The notes under the pieces were generated by a model that was given only the letters and a program-made list of their open reading frames with translations, searched no databases and had not been told where the DNA came from. Below are positions 11,616 to 53,795 of a DNA stretch of 64,000 nt, piece by piece (position 1 is the first letter of the stretch; each line of letters opens with the position of its first letter). Source of the DNA: Camelus dromedarius (Eukaryota); contig NC_087436.1 of assembly GCF_036321535.1 (NCBI RefSeq), positions 105,340,001 through 105,404,000 on the forward strand. Reading direction: 5' to 3'. The translations under genes and the position numbers were made by a program.

Positions 11616-14600
11616 AGCAACTATTGCTATAAGACATGGGGATACACCTTTGCAACCAGGCTGAGGGTATGGCTATAGTAAGCAATAGGTATTTGATGGT
11701 TCCCATGCCGCTGAGTTAAAACTCCAACGGCTTGTCCAGATCACATATGCACATATAGACCAAAGACGTTTTTGTAGTTAGGAATGCCCAGTTAATGAAG
11801 CTACTGAAGAACTTTCTTCAGGTTATAGAGGGTCTGTTCCATATTTGGGTTCCTAGAAGAGACGATCTCTTACTGGGAACTTAGTCAACTCATAAAGAGG
11901 CTCTGCAATCCTAGAAAAATTTGTTTGCAATATCCAGTTAAACCTAGAAATCCTATTATGTGGTGAGAGGTCTAATTAAGTCTGGATAGTCTTCAGCCTG
12001 TCAAGAGGTAGCACTTTTCCCTCCTTAGATATTCCATGACCTAAATAATGGGCTGTGCTTCGGAAAAACTGCAGTTTATCTGATGAAACCTCACGTCCCT
12101 TTTCTTCTAAAGCTGAGAGCAAGTAAATGGAATCCTCTTTACAAGCTTTCTTATGCTTTAACTAAACTAGGACACCATCTACACATTGTATCAGAACTCA
12201 ATTACAAGGGAAATTTAGATCTGTTAAGACTTGTTTCAGGAACTGAGAAAAAGAGGAGAGGGCTTCACTGAACCCCTGGGGCATGACTGTCCAGGTGTAC
12301 TGTTATCCTCCTCAAGTGAAGGCTAAAAGGTACTGACTGCCTTAGATATGGGCTAGAGGCACATCAAAAAACACAGAGCAAAGGTTCACTACAGTGAAGC
12401 AAGTAGCTTCAGGAAGAATTGATGCCAAGATGGTATTTGGGTTAGGTACCAATGAGAAGTGAAGGACAAAAATTTTGTTCATTGTCCTGAGGTCTTGAAA
12501 ACATTGCTATCCTTATCTATTTGGTTTCTTTACTGGCAAGACCAGAGTCTTACAAAGGCTAGTCCAGAATGTGAGAAGACCTTTGGATATAAGGCATTCA
12601 GTTATAGCTTTGAACCACTCCTTTGCCTCTGGCTTCAAGGGATATTGGGGGTGTTTGGGTAATAGTTTGGTAGGATCTATTTACTGTTCTGATTAGATTT
12701 TCTATGTCAGTGGACATTTAAGGTCATAGAATGTCATGGATGATGTCAAGACCTTTATCTGGGGTATGCATCAAATATAATGGAGAAGGCAAAGGTATAT
12801 CCAGAACAGACACAACTTGATTATGAATAGAAGAGTCCTCTGGAACTTTAAAAAAAATAGTCATTCTGTTGTGTATTTAATATTAGAATTCTATTTGCAA
12901 AGTAAGTCTCCCCCTATTAAATTTGCAGGGGTGGTATCACAGAGCAGGACAGAATGGTTTTTTATTAAGGGCTCATGTTAACAGTTAAGGGCTAGGAGAT
13001 AGGAAAAATCTGTGGGTTGTTTGAAAGGACTGACACTTGTGTATATGCTTACTCTGAGGAAGAGGTTGAGCAAAGATGATGGGGTTTAATGTAATAAGGG
13101 TAACATCCCTATCTCCCGAGAATCGATTACACTGACCATCTGTATTTATTCAACTTGAGTATTTAAGGGTAAGTCATGATATTGAAAGTGTTTTCCTTTT
13201 TCAGAATACCTCTGTTAATCAGAATTGAAGGATTTTCTTTGTCTTGGTTTTCTGTTTTTGTTTTTGTTTTTTTAATAAGATGGGATATTCTTTTTTACTG
13301 AGTCCTTTTTGTTTACAATATCTACCTTGTCAAAATTAGTTGCTGGGAAGAGGGCCACCTGGCTGTTGAGTCTGCAAGATCATAGTTTATCTTGGATTCT
13401 GTCTCATTTTTACTTAAAGCCCGTTCAGACTGTTCTGATAGGTGTTTTAGTTCAGGCAGAGGGTCTAATTCCCATTTTAATGACTACTCCACTTTTGAAT
13501 TAGGCTTCCAGTTACACATTTTACTCCATTGACACAATGAGATGAAAGGCACCTTCTTTAATTCCCAAATGTTGTCAGAAGGTATTTCCTAGCAGATCAT
13601 GAAACTCTCTATATTTTTATCATTTTCTGTTTGTATGATTCAATTATGGTCCAATAACTTTATTAGAAATGTTTGGGATACTATTTTTAAGACACTTTGC
13701 CCTGCTTTTCAAATCTTTTTCTTTGGGTCCTTTTTTGGACAGGTTTATTATGGAAAGAGAGATCCTGTAGCCCCCTTTCTGGGTCAGTCCAATCAGCTTT
13801 GCCATCCAGGGTTTAGCTGAGATTCTGACCAACACATGTACAAGTTGATATAGGTTAGATAATCCTGAATCACATACACTTGAAAGAATTTAAAAGCCTT
13901 CTAAGAACAGTTGCTGGTCTTGTATGGGAGTAGGGAGATTCTTAATTACAGCTCTTAATTCATCTTAGGTCCAAAGTTTAAATTGTATAGTTGCCCGTAG
14001 ATCTGGCTCAAAAGAGGGCTAGATCTTTAGAGGGAACCGGCATTTTGTAGTCTTAGGAAAGTTGTTGGGAATAGGTAGGGAGCCTGGACATGAGGAAGAG
14101 AAGGGAAGAGTTGACGAGATCAGAAGGTTAAGGAGGAAGAGGGACTTCTGGATATTGGGGGAGCAACTGGAGCACAAGGATGGGGAGGACTTACTAGGAA
14201 AGGAATCTAGTTTGTCGTTGCTTAAGTTTCTTATGTTGCTCATTGGCTTTGGCCAAAAAATCTTTTACTGAAATAATTTTTGAACCAGAATTTCCTTTGG
14301 AGGCCTCTGCATACCAGTCAAACACAGCTGCCCATTTGGCCTCAGAAATCTTCATTCCCTTTCTTTTCAAAGGTGCCTATCAAATAAAAAATATATTCAA
14401 GGCAAATGTTCCCCAGAGTGGCCACTGAGGGCCCAAATCCTCATTGCTGAAGTTATGCCATTTAGGGAGCCAGCCACCAGAATTAGGATTGTAATGAGAA
14501 TACACATAGTGAAGCAGCTATTTTTCCTGGAGAGGAAGAAGTTTTAGGCTTAGACAACCTCAGGAGAGCTGGCAATGGTTGGTTGAAAGTGATGTTTGTT

Positions 14601-15176
14601 CTCTTTGTGTTTCAAGACCACTCTGAACACAGACCCAACAATCTGTGCCACTTGGCAGGTGTAAAATTAGAGTGAATTCCCTCTAGATCAAAGGCAAGCT
14701 CTCAGGACAAAAAGTCAAGATGAATGGAGAACCTCATCCAGTTTTATTGGTGACACAACAAAGTTTGTCCAAATGGATGCTGGTCTTGTAAGAACTGCAA
14801 ACTCATTGGTCTGCAAGGCTGGCTCAGACAGCAGGCTTATAGGACCCATGCCTGTGTTCTACCCTATGATTCTTCTTCTTATGACAAATAATACTCCCAG
14901 ACAGCACAATACAATACAGAAGTACAAAAGAGAGCCAAAAACGTGAAAAGGAATGGTCTGATTCCACCAAGGATATCAAACAAATGAGAACCAACAACAA
15001 AACCTGGGTACCAAACATAAACAGCTGAAGAATTCAACATAAAGGTAGTGGGGTTTAGACTCAGTAATTACTTACCATGTTGGCACAGACTTGACAGCCA
15101 CAGGCATCAAGGCACCGGGGCCTGTGTGAGTACCTCATCTGGCTGAAGGCTGGCAGTGATGGATAGTGCAGATCCT

Positions 15177-15194
15177 GTCTCCATGGAGGCTCCA
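15177..15194 (-). other. Degenerate retroviral primer-binding site, tRNA-Gln-like
   Basis: TGGAGCCTCCATGGAGAC lies 7 nt after the LTR terminal CA; 13/18 identical to TGGAGGTTCCACCGAGAT (complement of the tRNA-Gln 3' end). Confidence 0.55.
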
Positions 15195-15619
15195 GGAAAA
15201 CTGTGAAAATGAATGAAGACCATCCAAGTAACAAATAGAGACTATTCAGAGCTTACCAGTGTAAGAGAGTTAGTCACAATCACTTGCATTTGGCAGATTC
15301 AAAGGCAGGCAGGGGAGAGGAAAAGCTTCATGGTAAAAAAAGGGGAAAGGTTCAGGTGTGCTTGATTGGAGGCTGTTGGCAAGGGGAAGCTGTTGAGCAT
15401 CTATTACATATTGTTTAGTGCTGTGCTTTGAACACAGTTATCAAATATAGCCCTTGTCAACCAGGAGCTCATAGTCTAGTTGAGGAAGACAGAAAGTTAA
15501 TCACTTGTGACAAGTGTCATGGCTGATAAATGGCAGGATGCCCGGGGAACATGCAATAGGAACAGTGGTGAGTCTGTATATGTTAAGCAATTGAGTCGTA
15601 AGTGGGATGGCAGGGGGGA

Positions 15620-16005
15620 GGCTGGGGCCTGATTTGTAGAGTTGGCTAATTTCCATGGTGTAAATACTCCCACTATGGCCAGTTTCAAGCTACAAACATA
15701 ATGCCATGAAAAAGGGAATTGGAAAGAGATGTGCAGTAGGACATCATTATATCTTCTTTCCATCATAAAGATACAATAGAAGTAGACAATCTCAAAAGCA
15801 GAGATAATAGTAAAATAATTAGGAAATAAGTTGGAGTATCTATTACTTTTGCTTTTAATGTAACTGACTTCATTGTAAATTTACATAATTTATTTTAAAG
15901 AAGAGCTGTATTTTAAAAACCAGCTCACAAAAAACTACTGAGTATTTAACAATCAGCTCTCGCAGCAAGTATGAACCAGTGCAAGTGGGCTCTAGCACTC
16001 CATTG
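15620..16005. mobile_element. MER63-like hAT-Blackjack remnant
   Basis: TTTCCATGGTGTAAATACTCCCAC..TTTAACAATCAGCTCTCGC..GGCTCTAGCACTCCATTG (family from memory). Confidence 0.65.
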
Positions 16006-16622
16006 GGTAAGAGTGATGTCAGGAATCACTGTAGGCTCACCTAAGCTGAAGACTGCAAGGAAGTCAAAAACAGGGATTCTGCCTTTCCATTTCTTCATCT
16101 CAGGCACTTAGTGCTAGGTTGCTGAATGGTAAAGACAATTCATTAATTCAATATCCAAAGAAAATTTTAAGTCCTTACTATATTCTGGGCACTTTTCTAG
16201 GCACAGGGCAGCAAAAACCATGGCTCTGACTTTTAGAGTTTTACATTCGTAAGTGTGTGAGTGTTTGTATAAACAAAACCCTGTCATATTAGGAGGCGGG
16301 TGATAAGTTTTATGGCCAAAAATTCCGTGGTGCAAAGGAGAAAAGGAGAGGGGCATCGCTACTTCACACGGGGTTGCCAGTCAACTGTAAATCAGCTGTT
16401 GCAGCAGGAGATGTATGAAGGTTCAGGAATCTGAGAAACACGGTCTGAGTAAGGCTGAAGCACAGACACTACGCAGATCTCACTGTTCGGCAGGAGTGGA
16501 ACACATTATAACTTGGGAAGGTCTTTCTTCCGAGAAGCCCACGCACTTGCCCCTGACTCACCTCAGCCCCTCCGCACAGGTGCAAAGTCCTTCAAGTAGG
16601 TCTCAGGCACACTGGGGTTTAA

Positions 16623-47655
<31,033 letters not shown>

Positions 47656-47954
47656 TGACAAATGAAGGATTTCTTTTTGGATAAATTTTGAGAAATGATG
47701 AGGCTGCAGTATAAGCTAGTAGCTTAAAGACAAGACTGGAGATTTTTGAATTGGGAATTTCATGGAGAATAATTGGTCAAGGGATAGAGTTTGGTCTGAG
47801 CTAGCCATTGACAGTTGTTACATTTTTTTGTTCTTAGATTTCTTCAATCATTATCATTCTTAGCAGGTTATGATATACAATTAGCATTTTTCTAATTGTT
47901 AAATATTTGCCAATTAAGCAGTATGATTTAGATAATTCTTACTAATGTAATTAC

Positions 47955-47960
47955 AATAAA
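47955..47960 (+). terminator. Possible proximal polyadenylation signal
   Basis: AATAAA 300 nt after the stop, TGTA just upstream, T-rich tract ~20 nt downstream. Confidence 0.4.
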
Positions 47961-48187
47961 ATTACATATTACCCCTGATTCTTTTTGAGATATGTAGGCT
48001 GCTTCCTTCTAACCATTCACTGTCAGTGACAAATTACTTATGTTTCTGACCACACAGAATTCAGAAAGATCTCTAATGCTACTAGTTACTAGATGTTTGT
48101 TGATGAATGTCAGTCACAGTATACCTGTAAAATGGACATTTTCCAGGAAAGCAGACTCAAGGCGTGAGCTTTAGTTTCACTTAATAG

Positions 48188-48393
48188 CAATGGTCCTCAA
48201 TTGGGGATGATTTGCTTATATGTAGGCAACGTCTGGAGATCTTTTTGATGGTGTCAACTAGTGGAACGCTACTGATGTCTAGTGCGTGAAGGCCAGGGGT
48301 GCTGTTCAACATCCTATAATGGACAAGAGAGCTTCCCGAAACAAAGATTTATCCAGCCCCAAATATTAGTAGTGCTGAGGTTGAGAAACACTG
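48188..48393. mobile_element. MER20-like DNA transposon in the probable 3' UTR
   Basis: CAATGGTCCTCAA..GGCAACGTCTGGAGA..GGCCAGGGGTGCTG..AGTGCTGAGGTTGAGAAACACTG. Confidence 0.8.
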
Positions 48394-51300
48394 CTCTAAA
48401 GTAAATGAACTCGTCAAATAAGGAGAAGTTTTCTATAGCAACTTCAATTATTCAATAGTAATTCAAGGAAGATAGCTCTATAAATGTTATCAAACTACAT
48501 AATGTATAGACCCTTACATGATAACCAAGGTTACCAGTTCTAAACGTGTAATTATAAATTATTCATATAGCATATGTGCATTTTTCCCTTTGGGAAAGTG
48601 AAAACTTTAGTCTGCTGTTTTTGCCTTAAGCAGCCTTTGCATATTGGTTGGTTGGTTCAGGTGTTGTGCCCAGCCATCATCAAGAGTGTTAACTTGGGGA
48701 TTTGGAACATGTTTTTGCTGGGGAAGTGAAAATGATGGAGTAAAATGAACAGGTGTATTCCCCTTGCATTGCCCTTATACTTACTTTTTGTGTCTGGAAT
48801 TACAGACTTATTGGCTGTAACAGTTACTTTTGTTGTTAATTTTAAGAAATAGACTGATGTCTCATAGCCTAAGGAATTCGTGAAGCTTCTGAATGCACCA
48901 AAATGTCAAAGCTGTATTTCTCAAGACCTCTCTGCTCTCATTCCTACGAGATGCTCATGGATATGAAGGGTTCCATGGGCAAATAATATGGGGACTTTGC
49001 AAAGCTGCCTTTTGGCATATTAAAGGTTCTAAGAATTTCTTCTAATCCAGTTTAAGTGTATCCTTATCCAAAGATGGAACCTGATTTTTAAATTAAATCC
49101 TTATTGATACCTCATTGAACATACTTTTGAAAACATTACAGTAGAGAATGCTGCCTTGACTTCTGGATTGTCTTTTTCTCTATTGACTTGACATTGTAAA
49201 CTGTGATACCGTGAGCTCAGACAGATACTGTAGCTCCCATGGGTAAGTTAGAATATTTTAGAAACTGGCTTGACAATCCTGGAAGTTGGCTGTGTTAAGA
49301 TAAAGTACTTAATTATAAATATTGTAAAGGCTACTTTTAAATGATTGCATCTTTGGGGTTCAGCTATTTGAAGTATCTGAGTTTTTTAAATAGCTATGAT
49401 AACTTCTTTCAAAGACGCTTAATTGTGGATTAAAAGGCTGTATAATTTTTTTGTGTGAATTTGGGACTGACTTGTAGAACCAATAAAGCTGAAGGGTTAC
49501 TTTAGAACCTCTAGAGTCTGTGAAAGGGGGTGAAGTGATGTTGCAGACATAAATGCTGGCAGTGCAGCTTACCATGAACATATGCCAGAATTGTTTTACA
49601 GAAAAGTGATCTATATTATGTGATCATCATTTAGCTTAAGAAAGGCCAGAACTGGGAGACTAGCAAATGTTTTCTCATCTGCACTGTATCAGCAGTTCTT
49701 GGGCTTCAGCTGCTGAATAGATAATAATTCTAATTGAAGATAAATTACATGAACCCACATGTGAATGATATGTTATAGCATTTCACTCCTGGTACTTAAA
49801 ATTAGCTGCAGTTTTTTTTTAAATTATTAGCCATTTATTTCAGAGGTTTTCGAATTTCAGCTCTATTCTTGCTGGTTTAAATTTGACCTTGAGGTCGTAG
49901 AGGTCACAAAAATTTTTGAAGGGATGTTGCAGGTTCTGCATATTTAGAACCTTTCCTTTGCACCCACCCCAGTGTCCTTTGACTTGCTGTCTCTCATTTC
50001 CACAAATAAGTATCAAATAGTATGTACATACAGTTATTTTAACTTGCTAGTGATGATTGGTAAGCCTCATAATTGACCGTAGTTATCCTCTCCCTGTGGT
50101 GGAGGGGCAATGGATGATATCTTGTACAATCAGTGACTAAGATGACCTCTTCTATCTTTGTGATCCGATTGCCCTTTTTAAGACTATAAGGTAGAATTTT
50201 GGAGTTTGATTTTTAAAGTCACTGGGCTGTTGTAGTTTGCCCAGAAAAGAAAATTGAGTAACACGAAATGTTCTTTAGGTCACTACACCCAACGTGTTAC
50301 TTATACACACAGCAAGGTAAGGTATTTTAAATCTAGTTCTCAGATTGGCTCTTATGATCTCTGCTGATGGATTCCCCCTCTATCAGGGAATGATCTGTGA
50401 TACTAGCCTTAGGAACTCTGTGTTCAACTATAAATCTTTTTATTTAGCTTTTTGTGTTAGTTGACTAAAGTTATAGAATATGAATTATTGAATACAGTTA
50501 TATTCAGCCAATAGGCACTTGATACACAGAATGGTACCTTTAAATATAAATTATATTTTTCCTAATATTTTGCCCTAGCACGTACCTGTATTGTGGTTCT
50601 GTTTCTTTAACCACCATAATAAGAACTATCACTGAGGCCCAAGCTACATGATGTGCTTTTATCATTAGACTATATGGCTAGGGTAGGTGTTAGTAAAATT
50701 AAACTTAAGCAAAGATAATTTTTTAAACCAGTGATATTACTGTAATATTGAATTAGTAGCTCATCATGAGTTAAGTTCTTGTGTTCTCTCATAGAGCAAA
50801 AAGCCAACAATTGACAACAACGACAAACCCTGCTGAGTCCCATTGGTAATACACTCAGGGAAGACATTTTGAATACATACACACTTGGTGCATATGAGAG
50901 TTGGGCTTTCTTTTGCCACTAAGTTCTGCTAATTTCTGTGAAGCCCTTAAACGGCTTTGTTATGTTTTGCATTTATGAGTTGACCTTATTCTGTAACGAA
51001 GTTTGTGTACACAGAAGTTTGATCATTTCAGAAGTTTGATACTCTGAATAATTTGATAAAAACAACGGAATATGCTGTTAACAGTAAAAAAAAAAAAAAG
51101 AAAATTCCTGTAAACAGTTCTTTCCTTGTCTGTCACTGTATGGATTATTTGTCTCTTGTGGCCACTCTTGATATACAGATATAAGACTTACCCACTGCAT
51201 CCTTTTGTGCCTCCCTTTTTACATTCATACTCTTTTTGGCCGTTAAGGTATGTACTACATGTAAGATGATGAGTTCAAGGCTAATGAATATATCTTTATA

Positions 51301-51550
51301 ATTTTCCACCTAATATACTACAGTTCAATCTAAGGCATTAGGCAAATATAGAAATGTTTATATGGTCTTATTTGTATCAAATGGTGTCAACTTGAACTTT
51401 TAGAGAATGTGAAGAAAGACTATGATTAAATGTGTAATTGTTGGAGCTTTTAGCTATTAGAATTGAAGCTGATATCAGCCTGCTAACCTATATGTTTGCC
51501 AAGAGAAAAAGATGTTTTCAAAAATACTTTTTTGGTTTAGACTATGTAAA

Positions 51551-51599
51551 AATAAAAATGAATTGCATAATTTATTACATGAAATAAATTTTTAATAAA
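51551..51599 (+). terminator. Distal polyadenylation signal cluster (3x AATAAA)
   Basis: AATAAA at 51551-51556, 51583-51588 and 51594-51599, with TGTA upstream and a T-rich tract downstream. Confidence 0.6.
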
Positions 51600-52332
51600 T
51601 CATTGACAATGCATGTATTATTTTACCTAATCATTGCTGCAGATAAAATCTGAAAGTGCAGATAAAATCTGAAAATACAGATAACTAATAATAAATTACT
51701 TGCCTATTTTTTGATACAGTCATCAGTATCACCTTGGCCAAAAATCAGCAAAAGTCCTATTTTATAATGAGAATCATGAGTCATGGGGGTGGAGGCTAGA
51801 GTATTTGAAAAAAAAAAACAAAAATAAAGGAGGAGATAACATTCCAACAGTCATTTCACAAAGAATCTGTTGACTATGGAGAGCTGGAGGCTTAGAAGTA
51901 TTTAATGTTTTCTAAAAGAAACACCCTAAAAATAAAATAGTATCACTTCCTTCTTCAGCAGATTTCATTTTTAAATTGTACTATTTGAATTTTGCAGTTA
52001 GTTCTCATTTGATTTGGAATTAGGTCTCTGCACTAGTACTTATTAACCATGTGAGTTCACTTATTTAACCTCTCTGAATCTCAGTCTTACCATATGTGAA
52101 ATGGGTACAATCTTAGAGGATAGAAGGTTAAATGAGATAACGTGTAAAGTGATTAGCTCAGTGCTGAAAACATAGTGCTTGCTGTTAATAACTGGTATGA
52201 TGTTATGCAGAAAGCTAATATGTACTAATTTGTACTAGATTTAAATTAAATTTTAAATTTAAAATATATTTATTAGTTTCTTAGTAGTATGTTTCATTTA
52301 TTATTAGTTTATTTATGTATTAGTAGAATGTA

Positions 52333-53795
52333 AAGAGACAATATTAAAAGCAATAAGGGAAAAACAACACATAACATACAAAGGAACTCCTGTAAGGCTA
52401 TTAGCTGATTTTTCAGCAGAAACTGCAGACCAGAAGGGAATGGTACTATATATTTAAAGTGATGAACAGGAAAAATCTACAACCAAGAATACTCTACTCA
52501 GCAAGGCTCTTGTTCAGATTTGGTGGAGAAATCCAAAGCTTTATAGGCAAGCAAAAGCTAAAAGAGTTCGGCACCACCAAACCAGCTTTACAACAAATGC
52601 TAAAGGAAATTCTCTAGGTGGAAAAGAAGAGGCCACAATTAGAAATGGGAAAATTACTAAGAGGAGAATGCATTTGAAATTAGGAGATCAACAACTTAAA
52701 ACAATCATATATATTTATATAGACTGCTATACAAAAACCTCATGATAACCACAAACTGAAAATCTGTAATAGATACACACAAAAAAGAAAAAGGAATTCA
52801 AACATAACATTAAAGATAGTCATCAAATCACAAGAGAAGAGACAAAAGAAGAAAAGGGGGAAAAGACCTACCAAAACAAATACATTTAAAGGATCATACA
52901 CCGTGATCAAGTGGGGTTCATCCCAGGGATGCAAGGATTTTTCGATATCCACAGATCAATCAATGTGACACACCACATTAACTACTGAAGAATAAAAACC
53001 ATATGATCATCTCAACAGATGCAGAAAAAGCTTTTGATAAAATTCAATAACTATTTATGATAAAAACTCTCCAGAAAGTGGGCACAGAGGAAACATACCT
53101 CAACATAATAAAGGCCATCTATGACAAACCCACAGCTAGCATCATTCTCAACCATGAAAAGCTGAAAGCATTTCCTGTAAGATCAGGAACAAGACACAGA
53201 TGCCCACTCTTTGCCACTTTTATTCAACATAATTTTGGAAGTCCTAGCCATAGCAATCAGAGAAGAAAAAGAAAAGGAAACCAAATTGGAAAAGAAGTAA
53301 AGCTGTCACTGTGGATGACATGATATACATAGAAAATCCTAGAGACACTACCAGAAAACTACTAGAGCTCATCAATGAATTTGGTAAAGTTGCAGGATAC
53401 AAAATACAGAAATCTGCTGCATATCTATCTATAGATACAGATATAGATAGATAGATATGCAATAGATATAGATAGATAGATATGCAACAATCCCATTTAC
53501 CACTGCATCAAAAAAAAAAAAAGTACCTAGGAATAAACCTGTACTCAGAAAACTATAAGATGCTAAGGAAAGAAATTGAAGACCACACAAATAGGTGGAA
53601 AGATACAGTATGTTCTCAGATTGGAAGGATCAATATTGTTAAAATGCCGGTACTACCAAGGCAGTCTATTTGTTCAGTAGATTGTCCCAGTGGCATTTTT
53701 CACAGAACTAGAACAAAAAAATTTAAATTTGTATAGAAACACAAAAGACCCTGAATAGCCAAAACAATCTTGAGGAAGAAATATGGAACTAAAAG
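52333..53795 (+). mobile_element. LINE-1 fragment: ORF1 C-terminus and inter-ORF region joined to the ORF2 RT region
   Basis: ITYKGTPVRLLADFSAE..KNLQPRILY..KPALQQMLKEIL* (ORF1); [32 protein letters not shown] (ORF2 RT); frameshifted. Confidence 0.93.
53421..53484. repeat. (AGAT/AGATAT)n microsatellite within L1
   Basis: TATCTATCTATAGATACAGATATAGATAGATAGATATGCAATAGATATAGATAGATAGATATG. Confidence 0.85.

Larger units (their letters stand above)
11285..15391 (-). mobile_element. Decayed class I (gamma-like) endogenous retrovirus, MER89-like: partial 5' LTR, PBS and gag-pro-pol remnants
   Basis: Minus-strand translations: gag QWPLWGTF (~14405-14430); degenerate zinc knuckle RYCKQKGLSKKEYP (~13282-13323); protease PANLIGGDLLCK (~12895-12930); RT SQYLLAFT*..QYTWTVMPQGF (~12270-12338), IQCVDGVL for YVDD (~12170-12192), GFLGLTGYCK (11924-11953), IAEPLYELTK; PIAYYS (~11670-11690). 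Many stops and frameshifts. The LTR piece at 15202-15391 resembles the MER89 3' part (from memory). Confidence 0.9.
47656..51620 (+). other. SEPSECS: Probable long 3' UTR of SEPSECS
   Basis: Follows the stop codon and ends at a cluster of three AATAAA (51551, 51583, 51594). The end point is inferred; no transcript data. Confidence 0.55.

Noticed and set aside
11390..11706. K/E/R-rich and F/S/L-rich ORFs
   Set aside because: Produced by the TTTC/TTCC microsatellite within the ERV pol remnant.
49565..49630. SECIS-like pattern ATGA-N11-AA...TGAT in the 3' UTR
   Set aside because: Helix II pairs poorly, helix I is unconvincing and the spacing is long. The pattern is expected by chance in 4 kb of AT-rich sequence.
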